A stretch of 64,000 nt of DNA from Yuukianura sp. NJ FZ-2021 (taxonomy: Eukaryota): NCBI GenBank assembly GCA_046563655.1, contig CM102290.1:1860001-1924000 (forward strand), written 5' to 3'. Position 1 is the stretch's first letter, and every line of letters starts with the position of its first letter. Both the position numbers and the translations under genes were made by a program. Shown piece by piece: positions 60,130 through 64,000 of the stretch. The notes under the pieces are model-generated. The model had not been told where the DNA came from and ran no database searches. It worked only from the letters and a program-made list of their open reading frames with translations.

Positions 60130-63100
60130 ATGCAAACAAGTACTGACGTTGTTCCTGTTCCAGCCTACCCTTCTAATGCAGCTCTTGTTATTCCAATCGG
60201 TCATGGGTCACTTCGAACAAGTCGAAGATTAAAATTGAAAGATCACATTAACAAAAGTCCGGTGACAGGAAGAGAACGCCGCCGAAAAATTGTACTTGCC
60301 CACAAACGTGCCCAGTGCAAACGATTTGTGAGAGACCATATACGTCGCGTCCACGAATTGTACTGCCTCGAGAACCTTGGTGGCAATGTCCTGGACTCAA
60401 TTGATTTACTCAAAATGAAGGACGACGACAAACCAAAGGAACTGTTACTATTACTGGAAAAGTACTGTTTGACACGCCAAGTAGAACCGGTGGTGGTGGC
60501 AGGGCCTACTGGCATTATTGAGTTGCAACCACCCAGACTCGACCTTCCCAAGGTCAAATTAGGGAAACCTCCTGAAAAATCACCAGAAAAGCAATTAAGT
60601 GTTAGAACTATTTCTACACCACCATCCTCAATTACTCCGTCAACTACTCCAACGTCAACGCCATGTACGACTCCATCAGGATACTTTCCATCTTCCGGAA
60701 CTAGTACACCGATGAATTCAATTTTTAATCAATCCTTGGATAAGATGATGCCAGAGAAATCAGGGTCATCTAGAGGGTAAGAAAAACGAATTTCATTTGT
60801 AACTAAAAATCATTTCAACAGTTGAAATGATTTTTAAATGATTAGTTGAAATTCAAAGAAACTGAAGGCATTGACCTGTCAATGAAAGATCTTAGCATCA
60901 GGTTTTACTAAACCAATTGATAATCTGTCCTTCCAGCATCTTCCATACTTGTCCATTCTGCTGTTGTCTTTCCGATTTACTAAATTTCGATTGCTAAACG
61001 TTCCATTTTATTTCACCGCTGTAGAAACGTTTTGAAAATGACAGGATGCAAAACCGTCCAGGTCTGTGCGAAATAGGCAAATCACATAATGACAAACTGT
61101 TTCCGAGAACTTTTTTAACTCAATTTGACTGACTTTAATGTGGAAGCGACTGAAATCTATTAAAATCATCTCACGAAGATAAAATTGACTCAAACCGTGC
61201 ACTTTTATAGTCTTCGTCTTATTCGTCTTATATTTTCTAGGTTGAGCACTACGGTTTTACAACTTACAATGACGACAAGCAACTAATGTAACAAGTCCAA
61301 TTCGCTTTCAGCTTTTCTTGACTTTGAATGCTTGAGATCCAGCAGTTTCCAGCAGTTGTAGAATAACTCCAGATAAGAGTAGGGACACTATGGAAATTTT
61401 TGTATTGCCAACGTTGTGTGGCGCCAATGAGATGAATGGAATTTTACGCATTCCATGTTCCATTCATTACATTGCGCAGTAGGCCACTACTCGGCTAACC
61501 TCCGTGAGGTGTACACCGTCCCTGGACTTTACGCTTTGTAAACAGTACTTGACAATAATTTAGTAACTAAGTTACGTACGTTAGCTTTTTAGTTTTAGTT
61601 TTTCAGTACTAGGAGTTAGAATACGTTCAGTGTTACTTCAGGACTTGACGACCTTGACATTTTCCCATCATGCTGCTTGGATACAACTTTGAGTAACTGA
61701 TTTTTTTTCGGCAACCTTCTTAGTATTTTGAATTATGTTTTTTTTAAATTGGTTTCAGGCCAAAGAGATTCTCGGAGAAGCTGAAGGCTGAAGCAGCAGT
61801 GGTTCAGCGCGTGACAGAACTTCAGAAGGATGGAATGTGGTATGACAAACGTCTTCCGAAGGCCCATGACCAGCCGAGACTAAAAAGTCACTGGGACTAT
61901 TTACTGGAAGAGATGCAGTGGTTGGCAGTAGATTTTGCAGTGGAAAAGAAATGGAAGAGGATAGCTGCTAGAAAGGTAAAAAGAGCAAACACTTTACAAA
62001 ACTTTAGGTTTCAGGAAACGATTTCTTGATCTCTTGGTATTTTTGATTGCAGTGTGCTCGGATGGTTGAAAAGTACTATGCTGACAAGAAACTAGCAGAG
62101 GAAAAGGCTAAGAAGGACGAGAAAGTCAGAGTTCAAAAGATTGCTGCATTTATGGCCAAGGAAATCCGGAATTTCTGGTCCAACGTTCGCAAATTAGTAG
62201 AGTACAAGGAACAATCCAAAATTGAAGAGCTACGGAAGAAGACAATGGACCAGCACCTTAGTTTTATTGTTGATCAAACGGAGAAGATTTCGTCCATGTT
62301 GGCCGAATCTTTTTCAACTGACGTTAAGCCACATCGACTAGCATTAGAAAATGACACTGGAAGTGTAGCAGATACTCAAAACACTTTGAAAATATTTGAC
62401 GAAGGCCTAATCAATAGTCTCTCTGACGGTACGCTGTTGATTACTTGCGTTTTTAGTTGATTTAATAATAGAATACGTAATTAATGCTTGATTTTTTTGT
62501 CAAACAGATGAGTTCCTTCCATCTCCAGAGTCTGAAGATGACGAAGAAACCATAGCTGTAGCTGACACTGAAGCCAAAGACGTTCGTCGTGAAGTGGATT
62601 TGCTCAAGCAGGAGTCTGAGATGGCTATTGACGATATCCTGGATACTCTACCTCCGCAGTACGTTCAAGTCCTTATATCTGGGAAAGGTATGTTCTCCCG
62701 TAAATCAATTGTCGATTATCAATTGTGCAGCTATTCATATCCAATTTGATCCAAATAACTTCTTCTTACTTAGTTGAACCAAAGGAAGATCCAGAAGAGG
62801 ACATGGAGGCAGACGTAAAATGCGAAACTGACGAGTACGAGCCATCAGGATCTGAGTCTGATTTTGAAGATACAATAGTCGAAGAGGAACGTATGGCCGG
62901 GACTGGAGGTGCTGGTGATACGGCTGCTGCAGAAATCAAGGAACTAGAAGAAGACAATTTACTAAGCGTGGAACAACTTCGTGCCAAATATATGATGAAA
63001 CCTTCGGATTCTGACAACGAATCTACTGATGTTGACAATACCATGGAGACAGAAGAGGATACAGAAGTTAATGATAGTGAAGAGGATGAAGAGTCTTCGG

Positions 63101-64000
63101 TGTTTGGAGATGGTGACGATGCAAATTCTGCTGAAGACCAAGAACAACAAAGTTCTCTGGCGACTTTACTCCAAACGTTTGCTCCTGAAAGGGCTGGAGA
63201 GGATCATGGGGATGATGAGCTCAACTCTGTTGCTGCATTGGCAGAATCATTTCAACCCAAAGGGTATACCCTGTCCTCCACCAGTGTTGTAACCAAGATT
63301 CCTCCACTTCTGAAACATGTACTTCGGGAGTATCAGCACATCGGCCTGGATTGGCTAGTGACAATGTACGACAAGAAGTTGAACGGAATCCTAGCTGATG
63401 AAATGGGTCTGGGCAAGACAATTCAAACGATTGCTCTCCTGGCTCATCTAGCTTGTGAAAAAGGAAACTGGGGACCTCATCTCATCATTGTCCCAACGTC
63501 TGTGATGCTCAACTGGCAAATGGAATTTTTAAAATGGTGTCCAGGATTCAAAGTTCTCACGTACTATGGCAGTATCAAAGAACGGAAAGCGAAGAGAACT
63601 GGTAATGCTGCCAGTACTTTTAATCCCAATTGCATTGTACTTCCATGCAAGTTAGATTCATTATGATTCTGTTTTCAGGATGGACAAAACCAAACACATT
63701 CCATATATGTATCACATCTTACAAGATCCTGATTCAAGATCATCAAGCGTTCAGACGGAAACGCTGGAAGTATTTAATATTAGACGAAGCCCAGAATATT
63801 AAAAATTTCAAGTCCCAGAGATGGCAACTGCTGCTTAATTTCTCTACACAGCGGTATGCTTACAAATTTTTTTCTCAGCTTGTACTTTGTTGTCAATTGG
63901 CTTTTGGGATTGGCTGCGAAATAAAGTTTCATAACTTTTTTGACATTAAAATTTGTGCATGCAGACGATTACTGTTGACTGGAACTCCGCTTCAAAACAA
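60130..64000 (+). CDS. dom: Helicase domino / SRCAP / p400 SWR1-family chromatin remodeller, 3' end off-window
   Basis: Exon 60130-60776 splices in phase 2 to 61759. HSA domain ([16 protein letters not shown]), acidic linker, SNF2 ATPase motifs [53 protein letters not shown]. Confidence 0.96.

Noticed and set aside
1..64000. Search for tRNA, rRNA, snRNA or snoRNA genes, transposase or retroelement ORFs, selenocysteine or stop-readthrough signals
   Set aside because: No supportable motifs found by eye. Covariance-model searches (tRNAscan-SE, Infernal/Rfam) would be needed to exclude small RNAs.

Overview
AT-rich, gene-dense eukaryotic DNA with spliceosomal GT-AG introns, mostly about 55-90 nt. 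The gene set (egghead, Ttd14, domino, PH-domain INPP4) points to an arthropod; a springtail-like hexapod is my guess, not something the sequence shows. Splicing the exons by hand gives 13 protein-coding genes: LONRF-like (runs off the left edge), a RhoGAP, VAMP7, egghead, IMMP1L, a ZnT1-like zinc exporter, INPP4, a 110-aa proline-rich orphan absent from the ORF track, Lis1, pelota, WDR3/Utp12, Ttd14 and domino/SRCAP (runs off the right edge). I found no tRNA, rRNA, CRISPR or transposase gene. The non-coding DNA holds many short non-autonomous DNA transposons with readable ends: a Transib-type MITE whose ends carry the V(D)J RSS heptamer CACAGTG, three P-like CAAGGTT MITEs (one split by a Helentron/DINE-1-like element with a G-rich array), a hAT MITE, CCGT-ended Tc/mariner-type MITEs and a Merlin-like family. 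In three INPP4 introns a single insertion accounts for the excess over modal intron size. Other leads are alternative in-frame N-termini for ZnT1 and egghead, a RhoGAP microexon pair around an in-frame 66-nt segment, a mucin-like luminal tail on VAMP7 and uORFs ahead of Ttd14. I cannot demonstrate a wholly new biological system; all homology calls come from recognised motifs, not database searches.
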